A DNA stretch of 63,499 nucleotides, counting the filler, from Octopus bimaculoides (taxonomy: Eukaryota): assembly GCF_001194135.2 (NCBI RefSeq). It is 7 parts of 7 records of this genome, joined end to end, with 100 filler letters (N's around TTAATTAATTAA, not from the genome) between each part and the next. Parts side by side here need not be neighbours in the genome. Positions count along the whole stretch, not along the records: positions 48,022 to 53,637 come from NC_068981.1; positions 53,738 to 61,594 come from NC_068984.1; positions 61,695 to 63,499 come from NW_026412925.1; 4 more parts are not named here. The stretch is one strand, 5' to 3'. The notes under the pieces were generated by a model that had not been told where the DNA came from, searched no databases, and saw nothing but the letters and a program-made list of their open reading frames with translations. Below, in pieces: positions 50,216 through 63,499 of the stretch (within the stretch, counting starts at the first letter, position 1; each line of letters starts with the position of its first letter). A program made the translations under genes and the position numbers.

Positions 50216-50543
50216 TGTCTGTGTGTGTGTATACACATATACGTATAGGGCAAACACTGGTACACTAATACACACACAAGCAATCACACACGTTCACGCA
50301 CATAGATACACACACACACACACACGCACATGCACACCTGAACAACTTAGATATTCATACGCAGTCACGTATAACATATCCGCACACAAAAGCAAGCACA
50401 CACGCACGCACACACGCAAACACGCATACGCACATACACGTGCGTGCGCACTCACGCATCTTGCTCATAAGTACACTCAAGCACAAATGTAACCTCCGTG
50501 TTCACGCAGTCACACATAACCACAAACACAATGTTCTACAATG

Positions 50544-50584
<41 letters not shown>

Positions 50585-51719
50585 CACACACTGTCACCCA
50601 CACACACGCACACATACACGCACACACTGTCACCCACACACACATTCGCTCACGAACACACATGTATTCACACGTATGCGTACATAAACACTTAGACACT
50701 CGCACGGTCACACACATACACACACANNNNNNNNNNNNNNNNNNNNNNNNNNNNNNNNNNNNNNNNNNNNNNNNNNNNNNNNNNNNNNNNNNNNNNNNNN
50801 NNNNNNNNNNNNNNNNNNNNNNNNNNNNNNNNNNNNNNNNNNNNNNNNNNNNNNNNNNNNNNNNNNNNNNNNNNNNNNNNNNNNNNNNNNNNNNNNNNNN
50901 NNNNNNNNNNNNNNNNNNNNNNNNNNNNNNNNNNNNNNNNNNNNNNNNNNNNNNNNNNNNNNNNNNNNNNNNNNNNNNNNNNNNNNNNNNNNNNNNNNNN
51001 NNNNNNNNNNNNNNNNNNNNNNNNNNNNNNNNNNNNNNNNNNNNNNNNNNNNNNNNNNNNNNNNNNNNNNNNNNNNNNNNNNNNNNNNNNNNNNNNNNNN
51101 NNNNNNNNNNNNNNNNNNNNNNNNNNNNNNNNNNNNNNNNNNNNNNNNNNNNNNNNNNNNNNNNNNNNNNNNNNNNNNNNNNNNNNNNNNNNNNNNNNNN
51201 NNNNNNNNNNNNNNNNNNNNNNNNNNNNNNNNNNNNNNNNNNNNNNNNNNNNNNNNNNNNNNNNNNNNNNNNNNNNNNNNNNNNNNNNNNNNNNNNNNNN
51301 NNNNNNNNNNNNNNNNNNNNNNNNNNNNNNNNNNNNNNNNNNNNNNNNNNNNNNNNNNNNNNNNNNNNNNNNNNNNNNNNNNNNNNNNNNNNNNNNNNNN
51401 NNNNNNNNNNNNNNNNNNNNNNNNNNNNNNNNNNNNNNNNNNNNNNNNNNNNNNNNNNNNNNNNNNNNNNNNNNNNNNNNNNNNNNNNNNNNNNNNNNNN
51501 NNNNNNNNNNNNNNNNNNNNNNNNNNNNNNNNNNNNNNNNNNNNNNNNNNNNNNNNNNNNNNNNNNNNNNNNNNNNNNNNNNNNNNNNNNNNNNNNNNNN
51601 NNNNNNNNNNNNNNNNNNNNNNNNNNNNNNNNNNNNNNNNNNNNNNNNNNNNNNNNNNNNNNNNNNNNNNNNNNNNNNNNNNNNNNNNNNNNNNNNNNNN
51701 NNNNNNNNNNNNNNNNNNN

Positions 51720-52350
51720 GACGACGACCACCACCACCACCACCACCACCACAACTATTACCACTACTGCTATCACTAGCATCACTATCTACACAACCAC
51801 TACCACCACCACAACCACCACCACAACCACCACAATCACCACCAGCACCAGCATCATCGCAATCAACGTTATCATCTTCGTAGTCGTCATCATCAGTACT
51901 ACCTCCACCACCACCACCATCATCATCATCATATCCATCTCCTCTTCCTCTTCCTCATCATCACCACCACCATGATGATGATGAGGATCATCATCATCAT
52001 CGTCACCACCGCCGCTATGACCAACACCATTGACTTCATCGTAACCATCATCCTCCACCGTCATCGGCCACATACCACCGACACCACTATCAAAGTCAGC
52101 ATGATTTTTATCATCATCATTGTTGTCATCGCCGTGCTAGTCATCATTATCGACATCATCATCATCGTCGTCGTCGTCATCACCACAGACACCACCACCA
52201 CCACCACCATCAACATTATCATCATCATCATCATCATCATAATCATCATCATCATCATCATTAGCGTCACCACCATCACCATCATCATCTCTCCGCACCT
52301 CACCGCTGCCGCTAGTCCCCACCCCAATCTTACATAACCATCACCATTAT
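51720..52350. repeat. Degenerate trinucleotide (CAC/CAT/CGT) low-complexity field
   Basis: Directly visible; produces the poly-T/I/V/D ORFs in the track. Confidence 0.9.
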
Positions 52351-53064
52351 CATTATCACAATCTGCAATGCTATCGCCAACCAATATCTGTGCAAACAAA
52401 CAGAAACAACAAAAACAACAAGTCTAAAAACAAAAACATGTCCAAGTTTGTCTTCATTTGACATTAAATGATGCTAAGTTGTGTGTAAATGTGTGTGTGT
52501 ATGTAATATGCATGATTGAGTTTGTGTGATTTTGTATGTGCGCATATATGGATGTATATGCGTTTGATTGCGCTGTTAGAAGTGTGAATATACGAGTTTT
52601 TCACAGCTACCAAAAAACCGTTTAATTTTATTAGACAGGTAAGGTAGCTTTTTCGTTCTGGAGACTGGTAAGTGTTTTCAAACTATTTATTCACCATTAC
52701 ACGTGTTTCACTTGCTAACAGGAGTTACAAAATTGTGCATGTCATAGAAAACAACTACGACATCTCCTATTGGAAATACTTTAAACAGAGAAACAATTTT
52801 TGTATGAATCGATTCTCTGTGTAAAGAATTTCTCGTAGGAGATATTTTAAATGTTTTCTGGGACACGTATAATTTCGTAACCCCTATAAGCAAATACCAG
52901 AACAATTTTCAATTTCCTATGTTCATATTATTATTCTGCAATATTTTCAACTCTTGTGCACATGTAACATCCAAATACGGATTTAGAATGCTGGAATAAA
53001 ATGATGTGCTTCAAGAACACGCATCTTAGATTTTAACCTATCTACATTACGCGCACGCGCGCAC

Positions 53065-53103
<39 letters not shown>

Positions 53104-53605
53104 CACATACACCACACACACACATACACACGCACGCACGCGCAGCCCCCCCACTCACGCACTTAGACTGAGTTTCGGCCAGCAATACCCAACTTAATAG
53201 CACGCCCTGTAAAAGATATCTACTGACATTCTTTGGGTGCTATAACCCGTTCTAGCAAAGAGTTGTGCAGAGATATACCCGAGTGGAGGTGGTTTATCTG
53301 GAATTTTTTGAAATATTCTTCCAGTAACCAGTTGAAATCTGTGTGTGTGCGTTATATATATATATTTATAAATCTTTAGTTAAATATATTCAATTAGAAT
53401 ATTATATACTGAATTTATATTGAGTGCTCTATTGTATCAAAGTATTAATACTATTAAAGTATTCATGTATTTTACACGAGCGATTATATATACTATGTAT
53501 AATATATTATATATTAATAATATATTCTGATATTGATTTCCTGATATTATTAACGATATATATAGTATATATATATATATATATACATATATATATTTAT
53601 ATATT

Positions 53606-53637
<32 letters not shown>

Positions 53638-54146
53638 NNNNNNNNNNNNNNNNNNNNNNNNNNNNNNNNNNNNNNNNNNNNTTAATTAATTAANNNNNNN
53701 NNNNNNNNNNNNNNNNNNNNNNNNNNNNNNNNNNNNNATATATACGTATATACATATAATTATATGCATGTATACGCACACACATATTCTTACATAAGTG
53801 TATGCACATGTTCTTACCTTTGCTCCTATTTATGTAGTGTACATACATACATACATACATACACACACACACATACATACATACACACATACATACACAC
53901 ATACATACATACATACATACATACATACATACATACATACATACATACATACATACATACATAAGTCTTTTTATTCTATGACTTGGTTTTGTTTTAGACA
54001 GCAAATTCTTCAGATGAGTATTATTCTCACGAAAGACTTTCTTTTGAAGGAAACCTTGAACATTGAATGAATATTCTCTTTTCCATGGAACCTAATTATT
54101 TATCTAGTAAATCATGATAAATAGATTCACTCAATACAAGCTATTG

Positions 54147-54466
54147 TGAAGGCGCGTGGCTTAGTGTTTAGGATATTCGGCTGATGGTCGTGAGTTCAAT
54201 TCCCAGCAACGCGTTGCCTTTTTGGGGAAGACACTTTATTTCACGTTGCTTCAGTCCTCTCAGCTGAAAAAATATGAAATGAATAGTACCTGTATTTTAA
54301 AGGGCCACCCTTGTCACACTCAGATCCACGCTGAATATCCCTGCGAACTATGTTTAGGGTACACGTTATTGTGGAGTGCTTAGCCACTTGCACGTTAATT
54401 TCACGAGCAGGTTGTACCGTTGATCGGATTAACTGGAACCTTCGTCGTCGTAACTGATAGAGTGCC
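54147..54466 (+). mobile_element. tRNA-derived SINE
   Basis: Head gtgaaggcgcgtggcttagtgtttagg..gagttcaattccc; the 3' half is shared with 5793-5970. Confidence 0.8.
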
Positions 54467-54524
54467 GGTTATATACACAAGATATTGAATACAGCCTGTT
54501 TATTATATATATACTTTCTTTTTT

Positions 54525-54690
54525 CTTTTACTTGTTTCAGTCATTTGACTGCGGCCATGCAGGGGTACTGCCTTGAAGGGTTTTAGTCGAACAAATCGAC
54601 CCCAGGACTCTCTTTTCAAGCCTAGCTTTTATTCCATCGATCACTTTGCCGAACCGCTAGGTTATGGGAACGTATACATATCAGGGACGT
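54525..54690 (-). mobile_element. SINE 3' fragment of the 14155 family
   Basis: ttacttgtttcagtcatttgactgcggccatgc...gtcgaacaaatcgaccccaggact. Confidence 0.75.
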
Positions 54691-55479
54691 GCCGCCTGGG
54701 TAGGCAAGGCAGGCAGTGCCTACCCTAAATGAAATAGATCGACTGTAAAATTTTCCTTTTATGGCAAAATATGCATCTAATTCAATAAAATTATTGAAGG
54801 TTACTCTGATTATTATGGATAAAATGCAAAATATATACATTTTTTTTTTTTTTTTGCAGATTAGGTGGGCATAATTCGCCCCTGCCCTTCAATCTCAGTA
54901 TAGTACTGCTGTAGTTCACGTGCTGCGTACACTCCTGCAACAACGTTTTCAGAAGTAAATCTGCCTCCAACTCAGTCGCGCGCCTGTGTTCCGCTTATTC
55001 TTGTGTGTTTTACTACATAAACGTCACCAAATACCTACCCTGAGTAATTACTGATGGCACATGCCCGGTATGTANNNNNNNNNNNNNNNNNNNNNNNNNN
55101 NNNNNNNNNNNNNNNNNNNNNNNNNNNNNNNNNNNNNNNNNNNNNNNNNNNNNNNNNNNNNNNNNNNNNNNNNNNNNNNNNNATATATATTGATGTAAGC
55201 ATTGAATTTAGTTGTGACATCTCCTTAAATTAAGACACCTTACTGTCCTATTTTTACAAGGTGTTTAACTTACGATAAGTGTATGACCCAATTATCTTGT
55301 AGAGATAAAAGAAATGTCAAGTTGAAAAGAATAATCTGAATGTTCGAAATCTTTTGGAAATAATTAGGGAATCGGCAGGTGGACTTTTATGGAATTAAAC
55401 GAAGTAAGCCCGGTGGGGAGTGAATACGCAGTTCAAGTCCTATTAATGAAGCTATTTCTTTGTTTTCTTCTTTTTTCTC

Positions 55480-57000
55480 TCATTTTGGTTCAGGTTGGGC
55501 GCTCAAATTGATGTTTATGATATCTAATATCACTTATGGCTTTCCCTCCAATGTTTGTGCCAGAAACTTTTCCACAGAACTCACAATACACTCAGGTACT
55601 GCCTGTACGGAATGGGTTTCTTCTTGTTTCTTTAATGGCTCGATGTAGAAGCTACACTTATCCTTCATAATAATGACACTTCTGTTGATTGCTGTTCTCC
55701 AAACTACTATCACTAGCGACGCTTCCATATTCTTGTGATGAATATGGCACTTGATCACACTGCTCTACTAAGATCACACTGTTCTACTAGATATCACTGA
55801 AACACTTCAATCCCCCTCTTCTGTGTGTTTTTTAAAAATGTACATCAAAGTGTAACTCTTTTGGAAGTCTGTTGTCTTCTGCACATCTGACATGACCTAG
55901 CTATCGTAATTGTCGTTTACACAGGATTGACATCAAACTTGGCAGTTGATATATCTGTAACACTTCGTTATTGATGACTTTATTTTGCCATGAGATATTT
56001 AGAACCTTACAGGGGCATTGTAAATTACTTTAGTCTCTTGGGGGGAGGGTTGCGATTATTGGGTATGTGGTCATTGTCATGAAACCATACAGTAGTGCGC
56101 CAAGGGTGCGTTTTTCCGCAAGCTCAGGATGCATGATTCTAATCTTAGTCGATTTTCTTCTTGTAAGCTTTGCTTTGCTTAGTCTAGCATATTCTGCAAT
56201 AAAGACAGATACTAATGGCGTCTCAGTAAATCCGTGCAGGAAAACTCATCAACTGTTACCAATGGGAATCCTTCTAAGGTGATGTAAACAGAATCACTGC
56301 TTCTCTGGATAGAATTTGTGGCTGATATCACTAGAAAAGTCCTTCCTAATTAAGGAAAGCTTGTCAGTAATTTCTTGTAAGATTGATTCCCTGCAAGTAA
56401 CAAGTGCTACATTGTCAGCATACGGTTCCCAAAAGATGGATTTTGATGCGTTAGTCGTAGTAATAAGTTGTGTTCCATTGAACAAGCACTCTTTTGTTTT
56501 TCAAAAGCGGAAAACATCAAGTATTACTCTCAAAGCATATTGCAGTAATACAGGAAAATGTATTCCAGAGTTGGAGTAAAAGCGTAACCCAACTCGAATC
56601 CACCCTTGATTCAAAACTGTCTGATGGAATCATAAAATTACATATTGCCTTTCACATCTTCGTGGAATATACTCGAGTAATGTTAGAAGCTTCCCATTTG
56701 CTCCAGTGCCTTAAAAAGATCTGACCTACTCACTGTATTAAATGTTTTAACTAGATCTTCGAAAACAGTATAACGTTTCTGAAGCTGAGCAATGAAAATA
56801 TTACCACGATGCTGGATAGGGTACTAAGTTGCTTCTTGAAAAACTTTCAACTGATGACCTGACTGTTAAGCAAGAAATAACAGTTAAACAGCTGGATCGA
56901 GTACTACTTTTCGCAAGATGAAATGTAAGCGGATAGCTAGATAACATGAGTGTATCAAACCCTCTAAATCGATACAAGATTTAAAAAAAAAAACCTGCTG
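55480..57000 (-). mobile_element. RTE-BovB-like LINE RT and C-terminus, heavily decayed
   Basis: Minus-strand remnants FEDLVKTFNTVSRSDLFK (cf. FIDLTKAFDLVSR), YADNVALVT, VLNISWQNKVINNEVL..LR*LGHVR..DNRLPK. Confidence 0.7.
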
Positions 57001-58364
57001 AAGGACCCTAAAAATTTATACATGAACTATGTAGCAGAAAATCACAAGTAGTGACAACATTCCAGTTGACCTCTAATAGAAAGAAATCTTTTCTTCTACC
57101 TATGTTAATTCCAGATCCGTTGTTGAGGATAAGGAACCATTCCATATCAATGAAAGATCTTACTGTTGTGGTATAATACATTATAAGAACAAAATGGGGA
57201 AAAGCGACTGTAATAACTACAGAAAATTTTCTTTCTTTGCATATCTTTACAGAAAAATATTTGTCACGCTTTATTGCAAAGCAACTACAGAACTTGGATG
57301 ATAGGCGAGGTTGCCACCAGGAAGCTGATACTGGCTCAGGCATGTCCGATCTACTGACCGACTTTATTATGTGTGTGCGCGTGTGTGTTTACATATATAT
57401 ANNNNNNNNNNNNNNNNNNNNNNNNNNNNNNNNNNNNNNNNNNNNNNNNNNNNNNNNNNNNNNNNNNNNNNNNNNNNNNNNNNNNNNNNNNNNNNNNNNN
57501 NNNNNNNNNNNNNNNNNNNNNNNNNNNNNNNNNNNNNNNNNNNNNNNNNNNNNNNNNNNNNNNNNNNNNNNNNNNNNNNNNNNNNNNNNNNNNNNNNNNN
57601 NNNNNNNNNNNNNNNNNNNNNNNNNNNNNNNNNNNNNNNNNNNNNNNNNNNNNNNNNNNNNNNNNNNNNNNNNNNNNNNNNNNNNNNNNNNNNNNNNNNN
57701 NNNNNNNNNNNNNNNNNNNNNNNNNNNNNNNNNNNNNNNNNNNNNNNNNNNNNNNNNNNNNNNNNNNNNNNNNNNNNNNNNNNNNNNNNNNNNNNNNNNN
57801 NNNNNNNNNNNNNNNNNNNNNNNNNNNNNNNNNNNNNNNNNNNNNNNNNNNNNNNNNNNNNNNNNNNNNNNNNNNNNNNNNNNNNNNNNNTATATATATA
57901 TATATATGCATGTATGCATGCATGTATACATTCATATACTATATATAGTCGGCGTATATCATTGTCTTGTTTAGGCAATGTTATTCATGAAATTATAACG
58001 GGAAGAAACAAACAAACATAAAGTCAGAAATAAATGCCGATCGATCAAATGTTTGCGTAGATGATCGATGACTGGAAGTAGCAGATATATTCCTCATGAT
58101 TTAATACATTAGGCTTCTTAAATGACATTTCTACGTCGGTCGTATGAAATCTGAATTCATATTTGGCAAAGCTATTTTTGGAAAATTGAAATTAAAGAGC
58201 ATGCTACTTTTCCTTTTTTCTTTTTCCTTAGCGAGTAGCTTGGATCAAAAACATTTATATAAATGCGATATCATCGTTAAAGAATAGCGTGACATCATGT
58301 AGCACAATGCAAACGGAAGAATATCTCTTATGGCACGATGCTATCTGATATGAAATAACAACTG

Positions 58365-58428
<64 letters not shown>

Positions 58429-58894
58429 TTATTATTGATGCCTGCAAGAAGAGATCGTATATCTAATCTTAGTAATACAAAATCGATGAAATCATTTCAT
58501 CTGAAAGGTTACGTCGGATAAACTAGTTAAAGATTTCGTGCTGCACAGGTGAAACCAATAGGACTAAATATAGATTTACTAATTGACTACAGCACTGTAT
58601 ACAAAGTAAGGTTGGTGTTAATATAGGAACTGTACTGAACAAAGGAATAATAATTAATTAAAACTACACTTGTGATGAAGATAAATAACCATTCGCTTTA
58701 TGATTAATTCTAGTTACTTGGTTAATGACAACTTCGAAATTCCAGTCAATTAAATTTGATTCAAACACAATGTGTCTGATTAACTGGAGGAATGTTTCAG
58801 CCTTAGCTGATCTCCTCTGTGATGTATCGTCTTTACCAGTGCTGCCAGACAGAGATAATTTGAGAGAGATTGTGTTATTTTATATTCTTTTATT

Positions 58895-59146
58895 TGTTTC
58901 AGTTATTAGACTATGACTGTACTGGGGTAATTCCTTCTCGAGCTTTATTCGATTATATCCACCCCCACCAATACCGATCTCGGGCGGATACTAATTTTAT
59001 CGACATCTATTGCCAGCACGCTAAGTTATGGAATACAAGGTAACGCTAACAAAAACTACGCCAGGTTTTAGACCATAAAATATAAGTACAAACACACACA
59101 TGCATACGCACACGCCGTGTACACATATGGATTCACACACAGATAC

Positions 59147-59221
<75 letters not shown>

Positions 59222-59350
59222 GACGGGTCTCTGAAGAGTTTTAGTTTACCAAAATCAGTTCAGAAGGTACTGGTTAACACAGAGAAGTAGTAAGAAACAC
59301 ATACCAAAGATATTGCACTGTGGGGTCGAATACCGAACCATATGGTTGCT
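58895..59350 (-). mobile_element. Old SINE of the 14155 family with expanded (CA)n
   Basis: Degenerate tail tttgtttcagttattagact.., then gctaagttatgg, (CA)n and a head remnant. Confidence 0.5.
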
Positions 59351-59989
59351 TACGTGCGTATGCGCGTGTGTGCGAGCCTGTGTGTATGAAACCACAGACA
59401 ACGAAAATATATAGAAAAACAAACAAGTCAAAACAAACGACAAATGCTTTCGACTACGACAGAAACGAGAATAACACTGAAGCAATTATCCACAAAAGTA
59501 AAACATGAAATAGTTGTACGAAGGAGCAACGTTGAGAAAAAGTTGTTGGAAGAATAGTCTTTGAAAAGAAAGAAGGTAGAGATAATGAACAGAGATTAAA
59601 AAATGGTGCGTTCTGGAAGAGAACCCAGTGGGTAAGAGAAAACAGACGACGGAAGACGGGAGAAATCAAGATGATGGAGTGGAGAGTGAAAAGAGAGATG
59701 GTGAGACAAAATAAGTGAGAAAGTAGGAGCGAAGAGGTAGAGAAGTAGAAACAGAGATGAAGTTGAGTGGAGAGAGAAAGAAAGGGGAAATTAAAGTAGA
59801 GGAAGGGTGAAAGAAAAAGGGTGAGAGAAGGTGTTGCAGCAAATAAACAATATAAATATGTAATAGCGATGTATAAACGGATGCCTGAATTGGTGATCAT
59901 GCACGACATTATGGGCAGATGTCTTTCAACATAAGTCTCGAATTAACCCAATGCTTCAGAGTCAAAATTGTGTTGACGAATACCTGCAG

Positions 59990-60200
59990 ATAAAATGTTC
60001 AGCCTTGTCACATTTTGTCCGGATAAGCACCAGATGACTACCACACCAACGTTTGTGGCAGCTGCGACCCGTGCACTGGAGAATCCAGCGCAGCACGCAA
60101 AAGAAGACATAGGTGAAACAGATTGAGGAAGACCTGAAGTCGCAGCGCCTCGACGTCAAGCATGTTATGGCCAGCGCCATGGATCGGAAAGCGGAGAATA
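59990..60200 (+). mobile_element. RTE-like LINE C-terminal fragment
   Basis: LPHQRLWQLRPVHWRIQRSTQKKT*VKQIEEDLKSQRLDVKHVMASAMDRK resembles the RTE end (GRPKKTW..IEEDLK..A.DR). Confidence 0.5.
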
Positions 60201-62395
60201 ACATCATCACCAGAGTCCGTCATCCAGTGGCAAGGACCCTGGAACAGGGTACACTTGCCCCCACCCCCACCCCACCCCTAAAATTTTGTGGTGGTGCAAT
60301 ATTGCAACCCCTACCTACCTTTCCCAGGCTTAGAAAATAATGTTAAAAATTGACCTGTAAAAGGTTGCTTGAAATTAGGTTTTTTCATAAAATAAGAACA
60401 AAGAACTAAAATAATAAAAAGAACACCCACCCCTAATCCCTAGAAAACTATATTATTGAATTAAAGCATCCTCAACAATAAAATTAAAATCATATATATA
60501 TATATAACAACAATCACGGCCACCAACTCAGGACTAGCACAATTGATGAACTATTAAACCCCACAATCAAGAGCCCTTCACAGTTCAGCTATCCACTTCT
60601 CATTTCCTCGGAATACCACAAGTGACCCTTCATCATCATTGTCATCATGTTCTTCTACTACTGCCCTTACCACAACTAAACCATAGTAACAAGGTCAGCA
60701 ATGGAAGTCACTCTTCAATGCTAGAACAATTGATGACCTATAAAACAACATAGTCCCTAGCTCTTCTTCACAGTCAAGTCACTCAAATTCTTCTCAGAAT
60801 AACACAAGAGATCCATCATCACCATTGTCAACCCTATTCTACTGCTGCTACCATTACTACTACTACTACTATTCTAATTAGTGAAGAATCACTCCTTTCT
60901 TCCCCAACGTCCACTTCAATTTGAACGTATACCTAACAGCTCCATAATAAATCTGCCAAATGTAAATAAAATAAAATTAGGAACACACGAAACCGCAAAA
61001 TATGCCGCTATTCTCAACGCGAGAGACTATCCGTATGTAGTGACTGTAACTTCACCCATTTACCTGGGACAAGACGCACAATTCGTACAAGTAGTACCAG
61101 CCAACGCCAAACCACACATCTTACAACACCACCACTAAATGCTAAATCACACTTAATAACTTCTACACATGTAACCCGGAATCCTAAAATATGTTGTTAT
61201 TCCCAACACAAAAGATTATATTTGATATGTGATTGCCCCTTAACTCATGTTCCAGGGATTCGACGCACTAGTAGAAGCATGACACCAAACTACCACCAAA
61301 TTCACAGTAGAAACATCCCTTACAGTGGCAGTGTTGGTCCAGGCTTTCATCGAAACCCAGAAGTCATTCAGATATCTACTGGGTACAGCAGTAAATCAAC
61401 AGCCGCAAACCATATAACTATAACCATATTGAATGCTCGGAATGAGGAGTAGACAGCCGACAACTGATGAAGGGTCCTTTCTTTGTGTTTACTTGTCCTG
61501 TTTTCCATTGTTCTCGTTGTTTACGTATTTCATGTTATTTGCATCGTTGGTGACGTTCTGTATCCACATATATATATATATATATATATATATANNNNNN
61601 NNNNNNNNNNNNNNNNNNNNNNNNNNNNNNNNNNNNNNTTAATTAATTAANNNNNNNNNNNNNNNNNNNNNNNNNNNNNNNNNNNNNNNNNNNNACATAT
61701 ATACCTACTTATATATGCTCGTATATCTGTGTGTGAATTTGTGTATTTACAAGCACACGCTCATATATATATATATATATATAAACACACATATGCACAC
61801 ACACTCACACATATACATACATACATATAAATACATACATATACGTCTATATACATACATATCATGCTATATTATTATTATTATATTTATTCTGCAACGA
61901 AGACAATAGTGATTGATGAAGTGAAAACGTACCCCACCACCTCGAGGAAAACTCAAACCCACTCCGTCTTCACACACATTTCTGTGAATCATTTTGACTG
62001 TTGTAAGAAATTTGAACACATCACATTGCACACAAAGCACACCCCGCTATAAAATTAGAGAAGTTAAAAAAAAAGGGGGAAATAATAATTAGAAAATTAA
62101 TAAATTTAAAAATAATAAATAAAATGAAAAAAAAAATGTGGAATATAGTAACGGCTGGGAAAAAATGTATAAAAGAACATTTTTGTCTGTTTGCATACAT
62201 ACGTGAAGAAGAGGAATACATGCATATATATTTACATCTATTCATACGCAATTAAATCTACACTTATATGTACATACAAGCACACTTACAAACATAGATA
62301 CATAAATACATACATCTGTACATACATATATAGATAGACAGAGAGAAAAAATACATACATACATACATGCATACATACATACATACATACATACA

Positions 62396-62428
<33 letters not shown>

Positions 62429-62986
62429 GAATACCTTGATATATTCACACATATTTATTCATATATTCATGCACACAGTTTCACAAACAGAAACATAATT
62501 ATTTAATCATACATAAGCGCATGTATAATAGAATATATTCGTTTATTTTAATACATATACGTTTCTTTGTACAAGCAAACTCATATATATATACATACAT
62601 ACACAACACACACACGCACATATACACACACACACACATATGTATATACATATATNNNNNNNNNNNNNNNNNNNNNNNNNNNNNNNNNNNNNNNNNNNNN
62701 NNNNNNNNNNNNNNNNNNNNNNNNNNNNNNNNNNNNNNNNNNNNNNNNNNNNNNNNNNNNNNNNNNNNNNNNNNNNNNNNNNNNNNNNNNNNNNNNNNNN
62801 NNNNNNNNNNNNNNNNNNNNNNNNNNNNNNNNNNNNNNNNNNNNNNNNNNNNNNNNNNNNNNNNNNNNNNNNNNNNNNNNNNNNNNNNNNNNNNNNNNNN
62901 NNNNNNNNNNNNNNNNNNNNNNNNNNNNNNNNNNNNNNNNNNNNNNNNNNNNNNNNNNNNNNNNNNNNNNNNNNNNNNNNNNNNNN

Positions 62987-63020
<34 letters not shown>

Positions 63021-63499
63021 TTGACATGCGATATTACAGGTATATATTAAACAGCTAGGTCTGATGAACGCGTTACTCAGAGTTTCAAGTTAGTTCCATG
63101 TATTTCTTCTACAGAACTTTGAAAACATGTAGAATAAAATCAAAGGTAGATCCTGGTTTGAATCAACGGTGTCGATCGAACCTCACTTTATAGACCCATG
63201 AAACCGTGATACAGAACCGCATATCATATCTCTCATTCTCTCTATCTCTATCTCTCTGTTTCTTTCTTTCTTTCTCTTACACAACTTCACTCTTTCTCTG
63301 ATACAAACAAACACTCACACACATAGATTCAATGACGCAGAAACATAAGAAAACGTAGCATATATATGCATATGAATATACATACATATGCATATACATA
63401 CATACACACTAACGCGCATACAAACGAGTCGCACACACATACACACGCATATATGTACTTATATACGTATATATATATTTATATATATATATATATATA

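Noticed and set aside
61340-61480. Hammerhead ribozyme (GAAA-stem-GUA ... CTGATGA)
   Set aside because: A stem III-like pairing exists, but stems I and II do not pair around the core.

Overview
AT-rich, microsatellite-dense, gap-ridden animal genomic scaffold. The SINE/LINE content suggests a coleoid cephalopod, probably Octopus (inference). The only confidently recognisable host gene is the 3' part of an inhibitor-of-apoptosis (IAP/BIRC) gene on the + strand: four phase-compatible exons at 24758-28835 encoding linker, UBA, linker and RING. It has no CARD, no BIR exon is visible in the sequenced DNA, and the RING runs into an assembly gap. Most of the rest is decayed mobile DNA: CR1-like, RTE, BovB-like, R4-like and Penelope-like retroelements, two Ty3/gypsy-like LTR elements, a mariner, a Helitron end, MITEs and many tRNA-derived SINEs. 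The most notable observations are (1) a consensus internal splice donor that could give a RING-less IAP; (2) an antisense LTR less than 0.5 kb from the RING sequence; (3) a spacer-less CR1-Penelope-RLE retroelement chain with an in-frame junction; (4) a multiply deleted gypsy derivative with an in-frame RT/RNaseH/integrase fusion; (5) a duplicated ~0.25 kb module with an NF-kB site in each copy; (6) candidate exons of an unidentified antisense gene. I cannot demonstrate a wholly new biological system from this sequence alone. All translations and alignments were done by eye; no databases were searched.
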